In this document: piece after piece, positions 1 through 9,142 of the stretch
Layout of the letters: the number at the start of each line of letters is the position of its first letter
Numbering within the stretch: position 1 is the first letter of the stretch
From: a virus
Virus record (IMG/VR): IMGVR_UViG_3300045988_174371
Coordinates: 296,644 to 360,643 of that record
Reading direction: 5' to 3' (one strand)
Length of the DNA: 64,000 nt
Made by a program: the position numbers and the translations under genes
Notes under the pieces: model-generated
The model's input: the letters and a program-made list of their open reading frames with translations, nothing else
Databases searched by the model: none
Told to the model about the DNA's origin: nothing

Positions 1-1471
1 TTTTCACCCCCTTAGAGATGCGGTTCTTCCTCTTAGGAGTAGAAGCATTCTTAGTCCTGTCGCGCCCTGGGTGCTTGAGGGATGCCCTAGCAACCGGAGT
101 CTTAAGAGCCGCCTGTGGCTGTAGTGCGCGGTTCTTAGCACGAGTCTTCCTCGCCTTCTCCACCTTCGGCACGGCGCGGGCGGCAATATTAGCGGCGGCA
201 TTAACATCCCTACCCATGTCACCATGCTTGGAGCAAACGGAAACCTTGTGAGTAGGATGAGTAATTTTCTCGCCGCACAGGTGGCAGACCTGCGACGTGT
301 TAGCCGCGTTCACTGACACAACCCAGCCGCCATTCTGCGTGACGTAGTGGGTGAGCCACTGGGTGAACGCGCCGCGATTCCAGCGCCCGTTCTGCATGGT
401 GTTGCTAATCCAACCAAGGTCTTCCACAGCCACAACCGCATTGCCGTAGAAGTGCGACAGGTAAGCAATTTCCTGCGCCGCAACAATCGCCAGCTCCCGT
501 TTCTTCCTAGAAGCGGCTTCACGATGAAGTTGAGCCTCATCAATCGCACACATGTGCGCCTGGCGGTCATAAAGAAGCTTGTCTGCTTTCTTGTTGAGCG
601 CTCGAACCTGACGCTCAGACGCTTTAATAGAGTTCCACAGGGAATGGACGCGCCGTGAGAGGGTGGTTTCATGAACCACACGCCCAGTGGTGGAGTTGCG
701 AACCACAACAGTAGCATAATCATTGATACCAACATCCACACCGACAACGTAATCACCTGAGAACTGCACGATAGGGTTATCAGTAACAATCGTGAAAATG
801 AAGATGGGGTGACCCTTTTCAACCTTGACCAGCGGCAAAGTCACTTTACCCTCAGTGAAACGCACGTTATCGAAATTAAAGATTAGCCGGCACCACTTGC
901 CCCAAATAATCATTTTCAAGATGATTTCACCATTAACAACAGGGTCATTCTCGATGACCGCGTACTGCTTATCTACCGCGCCAAGATTAATGTAGTCCTC
1001 GCCATACGACGGCGCAGAAGCGTTCACAGTGCGCTTCCAACCCTGCGAAACGTACTTACTGCTCTCGCCGCTTGCCGCCGCAATACGCTCCTGCCAGGCG
1101 CGATATTCCGTCACCACGCGATGCCTAAACAGGCGCTCCTTGCGGGACCTGCCCGTCTTGAGTTTGATAGGCTCACCATTCTTATCTGTGAGTGGATTGC
1201 CATCCTCGCCTTTTTTATCAGGCACCAGAAAATCAGGCATAGTGACACCAGCCTGGCGACCAACCTCAGCAGGCGCAGTAGCAGTAGCGGGCGACAGCTC
1301 AGCACCTAGCACCTCATCGTTACGGACAGTATAGGTTGCGTAAGCTGAAAGGTTACGAACCTCAGATGCAAGCTCAGCCATGATGAGCCTAGTATCAAGT
1401 ACCTCACCATCCAGGTCTAGGATGTGGGAAGGGCGCGCCACAAAAGCCCTATAGGTTTGGTTTCTTGCCAA
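1..1471 (-). CDS. tnpB: TnpB-like RNA-guided endonuclease (IS200/IS605-family accessory protein); C-terminus runs off the left edge of the window
   Basis: Own minus-strand translation; absent from the ORF track because no stop lies in the window. RuvC-like GVDVGIND and VAVEDL, zinc finger CHLCG...CSKHG, GRDVNAAANIA. AAGGAG lies 6 nt before TTG at 1471; the first ATG is at 1381. Confidence 0.8.
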   Translation of the reverse strand, partial: MARNQTYRAFVARPSHILDLDGEVLDTRLIMAELASEVRNLSAYATYTVRNDEVLGAELSPATATAPAEVGRQAGVTMPDFLVPDKKGEDGNPLTDKNGEPIKLKTGRSRKERLFRHRVVTEYRAWQERIAAASGESSKYVSQGWKRTVNASAPSYGEDYINLGAVDKQYAVIENDPVVNGEIILKMIIWGKWCRLIFNFDNVRFTEGKVTLPLVKVEKGHPIFIFTIVTDNPIVQFSGDYVVGVDVGINDYATVVVRNSTTGRVVHETTLSRRVHSLWNSIKASERQVRALNKKADKLLYDRQAHMCAIDEAQLHREAASRKKRELAIVAAQEIAYLSHFYGNAVVAVEDLGWISNTMQNGRWNRGAFTQWLTHYVTQNGGWVVSVNAANTSQVCHLCGEKITHPTHKVSVCSKHGDMGRDVNAAANIAARAVPKVEKARKTRAKNRALQPQAALKTPVARASLKHPGRDRTKNASTPKRKNRISKGVK

Positions 1472-1545
1472 CGCACCCTCCTTTCTGGCATCCTTAGTTA
1501 CTGTTAATCCATCTAATGTTACCAATATTACCAATATTAAATCAT
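1..1545 (-). mobile_element. tnpB-only IS200/IS605-type element, upstream (left-end) boundary approximate; no tnpA seen
   Basis: tnpB ORF plus a tandem direct repeat taccaatat/taccaatat at 1520-1540 just upstream of it. The guide-RNA (3') end would lie outside the window. Confidence 0.45.
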
Positions 1546-1802
1546 GGGCGCAATACCAATGAAAGTGGCGACAGTTGTCTAGCCTTAGTATGCCAGGGCT
1601 TCCACTCTTCCCACGTCTGCTCCCTCGAATCCTTGAAGAAGGGCTCGATAGCATCACGAAGCTCCGCCTCATTGGGGGTGTTATCGGGGATGGGATGGGT
1701 CTGGTCTTCGGTCACGGTGCCGCCTTTCTGCTCTTCGAAACGTTGTGATGTACAGCATACCACAGTATTCACCTGGGGCGCAAATACATGAAAAAGGGGC
1801 AC
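1542..1802 (-). CDS. hypothetical acidic protein or gene remnant
   Basis: ORF-track ORF with only GTG starts, wedged between the tnpB upstream end and a hairpin. Could be the 3' remnant of a gene disrupted by the IS. Confidence 0.25.
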   Translation of the reverse strand: MPLFHVFAPQVNTVVCCTSQRFEEQKGGTVTEDQTHPIPDNTPNEAELRDAIEPFFKDSREQTWEEWKPWHTKARQLSPLSLVLRP

Positions 1803-1822
1803 CTTATTTTCAGGTGCCCCTT
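1793..1822 (-). terminator. hairpin terminator aaaggggcacc/ggtgccccttt
   Basis: 11-bp inverted repeat directly downstream of the stop at 1835. Confidence 0.6.
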
Positions 1823-1834
1823 TGTGAAGGAGAG

Positions 1835-2368
1835 CTATTCTGCTACACTCTCTTCCGCATCTGAATCCTCCACCCAGATAACAGTGTCAGTCAGCATGGG
1901 TGCAACATCATAGAGGGAAAGTTGCCAGATGTACGAGATGGCGAGCGCAACGATAGACGATAGTGGCAGGAATGCGTCGGTATTCATTGCCAGAGATAGA
2001 GATGCGCCGCCTACCGTGAGAATTGGGATGATGATAGTGAAGGCTCTGCCGTAATCCAGTGAGTTCCAGAACCCAATTCGAGCGGCATACTGCTTGGGGG
2101 TAAGCTCTTCATCATGACACCGGACGTATCCCTCCGACTTGGAGTATCTATACCTCAAGATATTGATTACCACTATAACCAGAATTAGTAGAGCCGTGCT
2201 GGACATGAAGTAGTCCACTGGTCGAATAGTCGATGACCTGAGGTTACCCAGTTGTAGCCATTGAAGGAAATACCAGAACAAAGTGTTCGCTGTCATGTAC
2301 GCGCCTGCCTTGCGCAGTTTCTTGTTCCGCTCTTCCTTGGTTAGCTGTTTGAAGCTTGGATGAACCAC
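1835..2368 (-). CDS. hypothetical membrane protein (about four hydrophobic segments)
   Basis: AAGGAGG lies 5 nt before in-frame GTG at 2368. The longest ORF (to 2521) would have to be translated through a 14-bp hairpin terminator. Confidence 0.6.
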   Translation of the reverse strand: MVHPSFKQLTKEERNKKLRKAGAYMTANTLFWYFLQWLQLGNLRSSTIRPVDYFMSSTALLILVIVVINILRYRYSKSEGYVRCHDEELTPKQYAARIGFWNSLDYGRAFTIIIPILTVGGASLSLAMNTDAFLPLSSIVALAISYIWQLSLYDVAPMLTDTVIWVEDSDAEESVAE

Positions 2369-2479
2369 CGCGCCCTCCTTGAGGGGGATAGCTTCTCCAG
2401 TTACAGAGTCGATTACTTCCAAAATGTTCCTTTGTTTGCATGTGAATAAGTCGATAACCGTCCTTATCGTACCACAAAA

Positions 2480-2522
2480 GATGCGGCATATAAACTCTTG
2501 GGTTGAGCTTATATGCCGCATC
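2480..2522 (-). terminator. perfect 14-bp hairpin gatgcggcatataa/ttatatgccgcatc followed by TTTTG on the minus strand
   Basis: Inverted repeat read directly; lies 13 nt after the stop at 2536. Confidence 0.6.
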
Positions 2523-2535
2523 TAAGGGCTCATAT

Positions 2536-2766
2536 TTAGAACTTGATTGGGTCGATAAGTGTCGCCCCTCCAACGCCAGTACCTCGCGTCTGAGTACGCG
2601 CCACATCAAGAGTGTTTAGTCGAATGACGCGAGTATCTACCTGACCTGCTCCACCCTCTACAAGGGGGACATCCGAGACTGGCTTCGGGTCTTTACTGAC
2701 CTCCGTAGAATAGCCGCCTTCAGGCTCAGTGGGCTTCTTGAAAATCTTCACTAGTCCAGAGAACAA
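2536..2766 (-). CDS. hypothetical small protein
   Basis: ORF-track ORF, TTG start preceded by AAGGAAAGG. Confidence 0.45.
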   Translation of the reverse strand: MFSGLVKIFKKPTEPEGGYSTEVSKDPKPVSDVPLVEGGAGQVDTRVIRLNTLDVARTQTRGTGVGGATLIDPIKF

Positions 2767-2823
2767 AACGGAACCTTTCCTTGGGTGTTTCGTAGCATGT
2801 ACTACTACTATAGCACCACGCTC

Positions 2824-3408
2824 CTAATAGTCGCTAAGCTGTTTCTTTGCAACTTCAAGCAGGATTGCGTACAGCTTCTCCGTTGCTTCAGGAGTCCCGC
2901 CAAGGGAACTGTGGAGCTTGTTGTACAGGTTGATACCTGCCTGCAACATCTCCTCGAAGGATGCATACTCCTTACCGGACTCGTCAGTCACAGCAACCAT
3001 ACCAATTTCAGCAAAGACGAAAGTGGGGTCTGCGGCAATGCCAAAGTCTCCGCGCTGAGCATACGCTTCCCGAGCAATATCCTCATAGATGCTTGCCATA
3101 GTGTTAGCGTAGGCGTTACCGCCGTGTGCTACCGCCTTGCGGAGGGTATTGGCGTTCTCCTTGATGATGGAGTCGTTGAGTGCATCTACTGCGTCTGCGG
3201 CAACTTCCTCTGAAGCCTGCGGGTAGGTATCCAGGTAACCGTCAATGGTCATAGCTTCCTGCATGTCAGTGTTCAGGGTGGGTTCGGGTGCGATGGGTAG
3301 GCGCATGTCGTTGCTGATTGTCCAGCGGGGGTTCTTGGCGAGGGCTTCCCAGATGCCAGACTTGGCGGCGGGAGCGATGAAAGCATTTGTAATCGAGTTG
3401 GTGTCCAT
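2824..3408 (-). CDS. hypothetical protein
   Basis: Internal ATG at 3408 preceded by TAAGGAG and by the promoter motif at 3454-3464. The ORF-track start at 3465 lies upstream of that promoter. Confidence 0.65.
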   Translation of the reverse strand: MDTNSITNAFIAPAAKSGIWEALAKNPRWTISNDMRLPIAPEPTLNTDMQEAMTIDGYLDTYPQASEEVAADAVDALNDSIIKENANTLRKAVAHGGNAYANTMASIYEDIAREAYAQRGDFGIAADPTFVFAEIGMVAVTDESGKEYASFEEMLQAGINLYNKLHSSLGGTPEATEKLYAILLEVAKKQLSDY

Positions 3409-3453
3409 GTAAAACTCCTTAATCGGGGTTACGTAAAAATATCCTCTAGAAAT

Positions 3454-3464
3454 ATTGTACCACA
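3454..3464 (-). promoter_or_regulatory. extended -10 promoter TGTGGTACAAT
   Basis: Member of the recurrent motif family; about 45 nt upstream of the start at 3408. Confidence 0.55.
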
Positions 3465-3543
3465 CATTTTATGCGAGTTGCAGGTGAAATGGTGGTGCAA
3501 GTTCATTACGCGCCCCTAGTCATAACCAGGCCCACGTTCACCC

Positions 3544-4404
3544 CTATATACAAGGCTCACACTTCACCACAAGATTGTACTTATAGCCAAACCCAAACGT
3601 ATTACCGTATGCTGAAGCCCCATCATCTCCTACCTGTGCTCCAGCGCACGTAACAAGCCATAGTGACCTTGCGCCATCCCTGCGCCACATATCTTCAATG
3701 TCGGTCAGCTGACTCTGAGGAACCGTATACATCTGCGTTACATGCCACTGGGTCACCTTCCCCCCACCGTCAGTCACGAACACCCGCTCACAGCCCTTCA
3801 AGCGATGCAAGTACCCCCACGGGGACAAATAGTAGTTCTGCCTATTGACATGCCCCGCAAGGATTGTTGAGCCCTCTGCGGCTGAAATCCTATTCGACGG
3901 CGAATACCAAATACCGGAACCATCAGTTGTGATAGGTAGAACCATCTTCCCGCTCTGGACACCACTAGGGGTTAGCCTAGTAGAAACACCTAAGGATGGG
4001 ATGCTCCACCCAAAGGCGGGGAGTCCCGCCGGAATATTAGCAGTAATCTTGTTGGCGTCCGCTTCGCAAGTAGGCTCATGCACGGGCTCAGCAGGCTCAG
4101 GGGCGTACAAGGTGTAGTCATCTAGCACAGGCATCTTTTCGTCACCCCCCGCATCTGGCGTAGGCTGATACACCGGCTGACCGGCATCACTCGTCGCAAT
4201 AGGCGTAGCATCCTGATGTGTAGCCGTGTAAGGCACACGAATAGTGTTGTCTTTGCCGACATATGGGCGATATGTAGCCATACCCCACCAAGCGCCGCCA
4301 CCAAGCGCCGCCGCCGCTCCACCAAACACCAGAGCACGCCTAGAAACTAGCGGACTCGACTTATTAGCTTCACTAGATGTAACATTCTCGCTCTGTTTAC
4401 GCAT
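3544..4404 (-). CDS. sortase-family transpeptidase, class-F-like, with N-terminal membrane anchor
   Basis: STILAGHVN (His), LWLVTCAG (Cys), and anchor RRALVFGGAAAALGGGAWW. The position I expect to carry the catalytic Arg reads GYKYNLVV (Lys). Confidence 0.8.
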   Translation of the reverse strand: MRKQSENVTSSEANKSSPLVSRRALVFGGAAAALGGGAWWGMATYRPYVGKDNTIRVPYTATHQDATPIATSDAGQPVYQPTPDAGGDEKMPVLDDYTLYAPEPAEPVHEPTCEADANKITANIPAGLPAFGWSIPSLGVSTRLTPSGVQSGKMVLPITTDGSGIWYSPSNRISAAEGSTILAGHVNRQNYYLSPWGYLHRLKGCERVFVTDGGGKVTQWHVTQMYTVPQSQLTDIEDMWRRDGARSLWLVTCAGAQVGDDGASAYGNTFGFGYKYNLVVKCEPCI

Positions 4405-4418
4405 ACCACTACCATATC

Positions 4419-4427
4419 TGATATTCT
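4419..4427 (+). promoter_or_regulatory. possible extended -10 TGATATTCT for the lipoprotein gene
   Basis: TG-n-TATTCT about 75 nt upstream of the ATG at 4502. Confidence 0.3.
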
Positions 4428-4501
4428 AATAGGAACAGGTGAACACGAAAGAGTACCCCAAAGCAGGGGCACCTCACCTCGAATACTACAAAGGATAACA
4501 C

Positions 4502-5302
4502 ATGAAGAAGCCCGTGGCTCTAACCCTAATCACCCTAACCTTCGCGCTTTCCGCTTGCAGTGCACAGCAGGACGCAAGCAACCATACGACGAACAGCCCC
4601 AGCGCAATGGCAACCGCCACCGCATCTGCCACCCCGACTGCACCAATTACCGTAGAGCCCAGCAAGGACGCTGACCACCCTGAGCGCGCCCAGGGCAACG
4701 ACTACGCCACCGGAATGATTGGCGCAGAGGAGCAGACCCCCGGAACTATCAGCACCGTAGCTCCTGACGCTACCGCCTCCCCTACCTCGAACGTCGTAGT
4801 ACCCAACCCCGACCATAACGCTGTTGCAAGCGACGCAGACAAGCAGAAGCTCACTGACATGCTGAACGCCCTTGAAGGTTCCCCTGTTATCTCAGGGAGG
4901 AATGTCGTCGCCCAGCCTCTACGCGAGTACAAGATTAAGCCCGGCGACAGTAAAGAGCAGAATGGCGAGCTATCAGCCAACAAGTATGCAGAAATCGTCA
5001 TCCTAGATGACGTTAGCGAAGGCGGCGAGGAGTACGCCATCGTCTCCCCGCAAATCAAAGGCAACGAAGCGGACATCCGAGCTAATGGTCTACGCCCCGT
5101 CAGCCTCAACACTGCACGCGAAGCCATCAAGAACGACTATAACACTCGAATCCAGGGCTTCCTGCACTACGAACCGAACGCCACATACACCGGCGAAACC
5201 ATCCTAGTGCTCCACGTGAAGCAGGCTAACCACGGAGCCTACGTCAAGGGCGGCGCAACCGCTGTAGACTCAGCCCCCACCCCCACGAACACCCCTCAGT
5301 AA
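4502..5302 (+). CDS. secreted lipoprotein
   Basis: Signal peptide with lipobox: MKKPVALTLITLTFALSAC. Low-complexity T/A/P-rich linker. AAAGGA before the ATG. Confidence 0.8.
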   Translation: MKKPVALTLITLTFALSACSAQQDASNHTTNSPSAMATATASATPTAPITVEPSKDADHPERAQGNDYATGMIGAEEQTPGTISTVAPDATASPTSNVVVPNPDHNAVASDADKQKLTDMLNALEGSPVISGRNVVAQPLREYKIKPGDSKEQNGELSANKYAEIVILDDVSEGGEEYAIVSPQIKGNEADIRANGLRPVSLNTAREAIKNDYNTRIQGFLHYEPNATYTGETILVLHVKQANHGAYVKGGATAVDSAPTPTNTPQ

Positions 5303-5322
5303 CCAATAAACCCCATCAACTA

Positions 5323-5360
5323 GAAATGCCCCTCACCTCCGAAGAGGTGAGGGGCATTTC
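5323..5360. terminator. bidirectional hairpin gaaatgcccctcacc/ggtgaggggcatttc
   Basis: 15-bp inverted repeat 20 nt after the stop at 5302. Confidence 0.7.
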
Positions 5361-5600
5361 AGCCAGCTACGAGCAAGCACCGCTGGATAGCGAAAGCATT
5401 ACCAATCACAGACGGCGAGGTTGCAACCCCGGAACTAAGAACTCATTGGTGGGGTATACCATTCCATCCACCTGAGGTGTTCCAAGATGCGACAGATACA
5501 CCGAATGCACACCAGCAGAAAACTCAAGCAAGGGCTGAAGACCCTACCGTAACCAATGCCCTAGCAGGCACTTAACATGGTCGGTAGCTAAAACATCAAC
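5361..5600 (-). ncRNA. candidate non-coding transcript antisense-downstream of the lipoprotein gene
   Basis: Bounded by the promoter motif at 5609-5617 and the hairpin at 5323-5360. No ORF of 60 aa or more. Contains ACCTCGCCGTCTGTGA, resembling the H2 motif of the tRNA-linked repeats. Confidence 0.25.
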
Positions 5601-5608
5601 CATTACTT

Positions 5609-5617
5609 ATTATAGCA
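5609..5617 (-). promoter_or_regulatory. extended -10 promoter TGCTATAAT
   Basis: Exact TGnTATAAT on the minus strand, with no downstream ORF. Confidence 0.45.
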
Positions 5618-5620
5618 GAA

Positions 5621-5667
5621 GAAATTCTCCCCCTGCAACCAGAAAAGGTTACTAGGGGGAGAATTTC
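5621..5667 (-). terminator. hairpin gaaattctccccct/agggggagaatttc
   Basis: 14-bp inverted repeat about 100 nt downstream of the adhesin stop (5767). Confidence 0.6.
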
Positions 5668-5766
5668 TTTGTGGCGCTACAGCCCCATATGCGGCTTTAA
5701 ACACTCTACTGCGGAGAACTTATGCCCTGCACAGTAGATGGAGCCGCTAAGAAGCTCCCAGGTGCT

Positions 5767-8475
5767 CTAGGAGGCATCCTCAGCGTTCTTCTTGCGACGC
5801 TTCGTGAAGTACACAGCGCCACCCGCAAGAGCCAGAATACCAATACCGCCAGCAACAGCCACAGTAGTAGCATCCATACCGGTAATACCGTAACCAGTGT
5901 CACCAGTCTCAGCCTTAGCCTTCTCAATAGGCTTAGGCTGTTCAGGCTTAGCAGGCTCAGAAGGCTTCGGGGTCTCGGGGGTTACAGGCGGAGGGGTAAC
6001 CTTGGTGACAGTCATGTCGCAACCGTCAGTGTCTTCATCCACGGTAGCGTTCACCTGGCACTCCTTCGGAGGGGTGGTGGGGGTCGGGTCTTCCGGGGTG
6101 GGGTTATTCGTTAGCACGATAGTGTTGAGAATACCCTCAGAGGCGACACGAGCCATGTCAAGGTCGTTCTTGAGAGTGACCTCAACCTCAAACTCGACAG
6201 TCTCACCCGCCTTAAGCTCACCAATTTCCCAGACATTGCCGTTTACGACACCGCGACCGTTAGTGTTCAGGAACTTCACCGAAGCAACATCGAACTGCGC
6301 GTTATCCGGGAACTCGGAGATAACAGCCTTCTCCATGTCAGCACCGGAGGCGTTCTTAGCCTGAGCCTTCCAACGCAAGGTAGCGCCCGGCTTCACCTCA
6401 GATGCAGGAGTCATCAGCTCCTTATTCACCTGACCAGTAATTTCCTTCACACGGTGGATGGAAGTGACGATAGGCTTATTATTGATGGTCACAACACCAA
6501 GGTCACGCATCTCATCAGCCTTAAAGTCGTTCAGGGACTTAGACTCCACCTTAAGAGAGTAGGCGGAATTAACAGCCAGCTTACCCGGCTCCTTAGCGGT
6601 AGCGGTAACCACGTCAGCAACATGACCGTCAAAGTCGGTGCCAGTACCAGAGACGAGCTTACCCTTCTCAACCTTGATGTCGAAGAGGTTGGTTACGTCC
6701 TTGCCATCAGCGTCCACAACCTTAAGCTTATCCTCAGTAATGGACACCAGAGCACGCCAATTGCCGTCGCCGTCCTTCGCATACTCCACAAGGTCAGTGA
6801 TGGAGAACTGCTCAGGTGCCTTCACGCCGGTATTGCCCGTAACGGTCTGAGTCGGCAAATCGTTACCAGCAGGAATAACAATGTCCTCGTTCGCAACGGT
6901 CTTCTCAGGCGCAACATTAGCCAGCTTAATGACCTTCTTGTTCACCTTAACCTCGGGAACCGGCTTCGGGGCAGGCTTAGCCACCGGAGGAAGCTCAGGG
7001 ACAGGCTTCAGAGGCTTCAGCTGAGGCTTCACCGGAGCAACAGCGGTAGGCGCAACAGTGTTAGCGCTCAACATCAAGTGGTTGTAGGAAGCATCAATGG
7101 AGTAGTCGCTGTAGCGGGAAGCGCCGGTGTTCTGCGGGTCACCAATAACACCGTCAGTGCCAGGCACACCCTCATTGCCAGTGGTGCCGAAGAAGAACGT
7201 GCCACCATTCTCCATCAGGTAAGTGACACCCAGGTACTTCAACGCATCGTCGTTCTCATCAAACACTGCGCCGCCCTGGTTCGAACCAGCCTTGATGTAG
7301 AAGCCACGGTCTACCAGCTGAGAAGCAGTACCGTGAACCTTCTGAGCCTCAGGCGCGATACGAGAGTCCTTATTCACGAACGTAGCAAGGACACCCTTAC
7401 CCGGCGCAGTAATCTCGTAACGAACAGCAGACTCAGTACCATTGTTCTCCTGAGCATTCAGAGAACCAACAGTGTTGTAAATCTTCTTCTCGTACTTCTC
7501 ACCAGTATCACCATAGGTGAAGTACAGCTGAACCTCAGAAGCGTAAGACTTCTGCATAGCCACAATGTCATTGTAAGAAGAATAGACATCGTACATGTTC
7601 TGCCACTTAGGAGAACCATCAGCGCCTACCGGAGAGCCGTTCGGGTTGGATACGAAACGAAGAATCTTCACTTCAACATCCAGAGGACGCTTCGTTTCCT
7701 TGTCAATCGCCACACCCTTGTACTTCATGGTCAAGTTCGGGTTGTTCGGGTCAAGGTTAGTGAAACGGTAGGCGTACTCAGACGACCAGCTATCCGGGAA
7801 GTCGGTACGGTCAGCGGTTGAGCCAGCCGGTGCCTTGCCGTTGATGGTTGCGAGGTTATTCGGGCTATCTACAAGCTCGAAAGGCTGTTCCAGCGCAAGC
7901 TTATCAACGTTGTTGATAGCCTTGTACGGGTTAGCGTTGGATACCTGCTCAGCGTACAGCTTGTCGTAAGCCGCCTTCGCCTCGTTGTACCGCTTGGTAG
8001 CTTCCTCGTTTTCCTTGGTAATCTTCTCGTTCTCAGCCTTGATGTCAGCAATCTGCTTCTCAATCTGAGAGCGGTCAGCATTAGCCTTCTCAGCCTTCTT
8101 AGCGTCAGCCTTATTATCAGCGATGGTCTTTACAGCTTCACGCAACTTGGCAATGGTGGCAGTACTTTCCTTCTTAGCCTCAGCAACCTTAGCCTCAGCC
8201 TCAGCCATAGAAGAAACAGTCACCTCCTGAGTCTCACCAGCAGACACCTTGACACCCTGCGCCTCAGCCGCCTTCACAGCCTCATCAAGCGCAGAATAAT
8301 CAACAGGGATGTCCTGCGTGGTCTTACCGTAAGCCTCAGCAGACACAGCACCCTCATACTTGAGGGGCTTCGCCTCATCGGTCGTGATGGCATTAGCCGC
8401 ACCTGCAACAGAGGTCGTGCCAATAAGTGCAAGACCGACACCAGCGGTCATCTTCTTCATAGAACTCTTAGACAT
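5767..8475 (-). CDS. cell-wall-anchored surface adhesin (Ala-rich coiled coil, globular region, Pro-rich linker, DUF11-like Ig domain, sorting signal)
   Basis: Signal peptide MSKSSMKKMTAGVGLALIGTTSVAGAANA. P-rich APVKPQLKPLKPVPELPPVAKPAPKPVPE. C-terminus AKAETG, then a hydrophobic stretch, then KRRKK (LAxTG-like sorting signal). Confidence 0.85.
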   Translation of the reverse strand: MSKSSMKKMTAGVGLALIGTTSVAGAANAITTDEAKPLKYEGAVSAEAYGKTTQDIPVDYSALDEAVKAAEAQGVKVSAGETQEVTVSSMAEAEAKVAEAKKESTATIAKLREAVKTIADNKADAKKAEKANADRSQIEKQIADIKAENEKITKENEEATKRYNEAKAAYDKLYAEQVSNANPYKAINNVDKLALEQPFELVDSPNNLATINGKAPAGSTADRTDFPDSWSSEYAYRFTNLDPNNPNLTMKYKGVAIDKETKRPLDVEVKILRFVSNPNGSPVGADGSPKWQNMYDVYSSYNDIVAMQKSYASEVQLYFTYGDTGEKYEKKIYNTVGSLNAQENNGTESAVRYEITAPGKGVLATFVNKDSRIAPEAQKVHGTASQLVDRGFYIKAGSNQGGAVFDENDDALKYLGVTYLMENGGTFFFGTTGNEGVPGTDGVIGDPQNTGASRYSDYSIDASYNHLMLSANTVAPTAVAPVKPQLKPLKPVPELPPVAKPAPKPVPEVKVNKKVIKLANVAPEKTVANEDIVIPAGNDLPTQTVTGNTGVKAPEQFSITDLVEYAKDGDGNWRALVSITEDKLKVVDADGKDVTNLFDIKVEKGKLVSGTGTDFDGHVADVVTATAKEPGKLAVNSAYSLKVESKSLNDFKADEMRDLGVVTINNKPIVTSIHRVKEITGQVNKELMTPASEVKPGATLRWKAQAKNASGADMEKAVISEFPDNAQFDVASVKFLNTNGRGVVNGNVWEIGELKAGETVEFEVEVTLKNDLDMARVASEGILNTIVLTNNPTPEDPTPTTPPKECQVNATVDEDTDGCDMTVTKVTPPPVTPETPKPSEPAKPEQPKPIEKAKAETGDTGYGITGMDATTVAVAGGIGILALAGGAVYFTKRRKKNAEDAS

Positions 8476-8600
8476 AGTTCGAATCTCCTCATAGGGGAAG
8501 TGTGAATGAACGAGTTATGCCACTGAACCTAAGCGTTGAACCTAGTCAAACACCCCGGCAGGCAAAGAAACATCACCCCTAGCCAGTGCATATACACAAC

Positions 8601-8609
8601 TATATAGCA
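8601..8609 (-). promoter_or_regulatory. extended -10 promoter TGCTATATA
   Basis: About 125 nt upstream of the adhesin ATG (8475), which carries a GAGGAG RBS. Confidence 0.5.
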
Positions 8610-8747
8610 TCAGCACCCGCCGTGCATACCCCGAAGGCACAGGGAAAATAAAGAACCCCCGAAAATGTTCCCAGGGCACAGAATGAGTGGGGAGCTAATT
8701 CGAACACTCGAACTAACACCCCACTCATTGCCATATTGAGTTATGAG

Positions 8748-8819
8748 AGCCGGTTGTCGGAATCGAACCGACGACTTGCAATTTACGAGATTGCCGCTCT
8801 ACCACTGAGCTAAACCGGC
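8748..8819 (-). tRNA. tRNA-Thr (anticodon CGT)
   Basis: Hand-folded cloverleaf: GCCGGTT..., anticodon loop CTCGTAA, T-loop GGTTCGATTCC. No encoded CCA. Confidence 0.85.
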
Positions 8820-8918
8820 ATGAACAACGAAAAGAGCGAAAACACACCATTGCTCTAAGGATAGTACATGCGTACCATCAATACGTGTAATACAAAGGTT
8901 AGTACTTCTCGTTGCCCG

Positions 8919-8992
8919 TCGGGATGACAGGATTCGAACCTGTGACCCTCTGCTCCCAAAGCAGATGCGCTACCAAACTGCGCCACACCCCG
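8919..8992 (-). tRNA. tRNA-Pro (anticodon TGG)
   Basis: Cloverleaf CGGGGTG..., anticodon loop TTTGGGA, T-loop GGTTCGAATCC. Confidence 0.85.
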
Positions 8993-9074
8993 GAAAGATA
9001 AGCTCTAAGACTGAATGATGAACGCATTCGATAGTGTCCAGCATTCTGACTAGCGCTTACTTTACCAGCTGAAA

Positions 9075-9116
9075 GCTATGAGGCTCTATCCCGCTAGGGG
9101 ACGCTAACCTCATAGC
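9075..9116 (-). terminator. hairpin gctatgagg/cctcatagc
   Basis: 9-bp stem 27 nt after the stop at 9143, followed by TTTC on the minus strand. Confidence 0.5.
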
Positions 9117-9142
9117 CCCAACCGGCTTTGGTCTTAATTATC

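Noticed and set aside
1516-1791. 91-aa plus-strand ORF upstream of tnpB
   Set aside because: It has no RBS and a Cys/Ser-rich non-protein-like composition. It overlaps the more plausible, though still weak, minus-strand ORF.
6454-7821. 455-aa plus-strand ORF, plus other long ORFs antisense to the adhesin gene
   Set aside because: It lies entirely inside the well-supported minus-strand adhesin CDS. Its R/L/S/V-rich composition is typical of an antisense frame, and it has no RBS.
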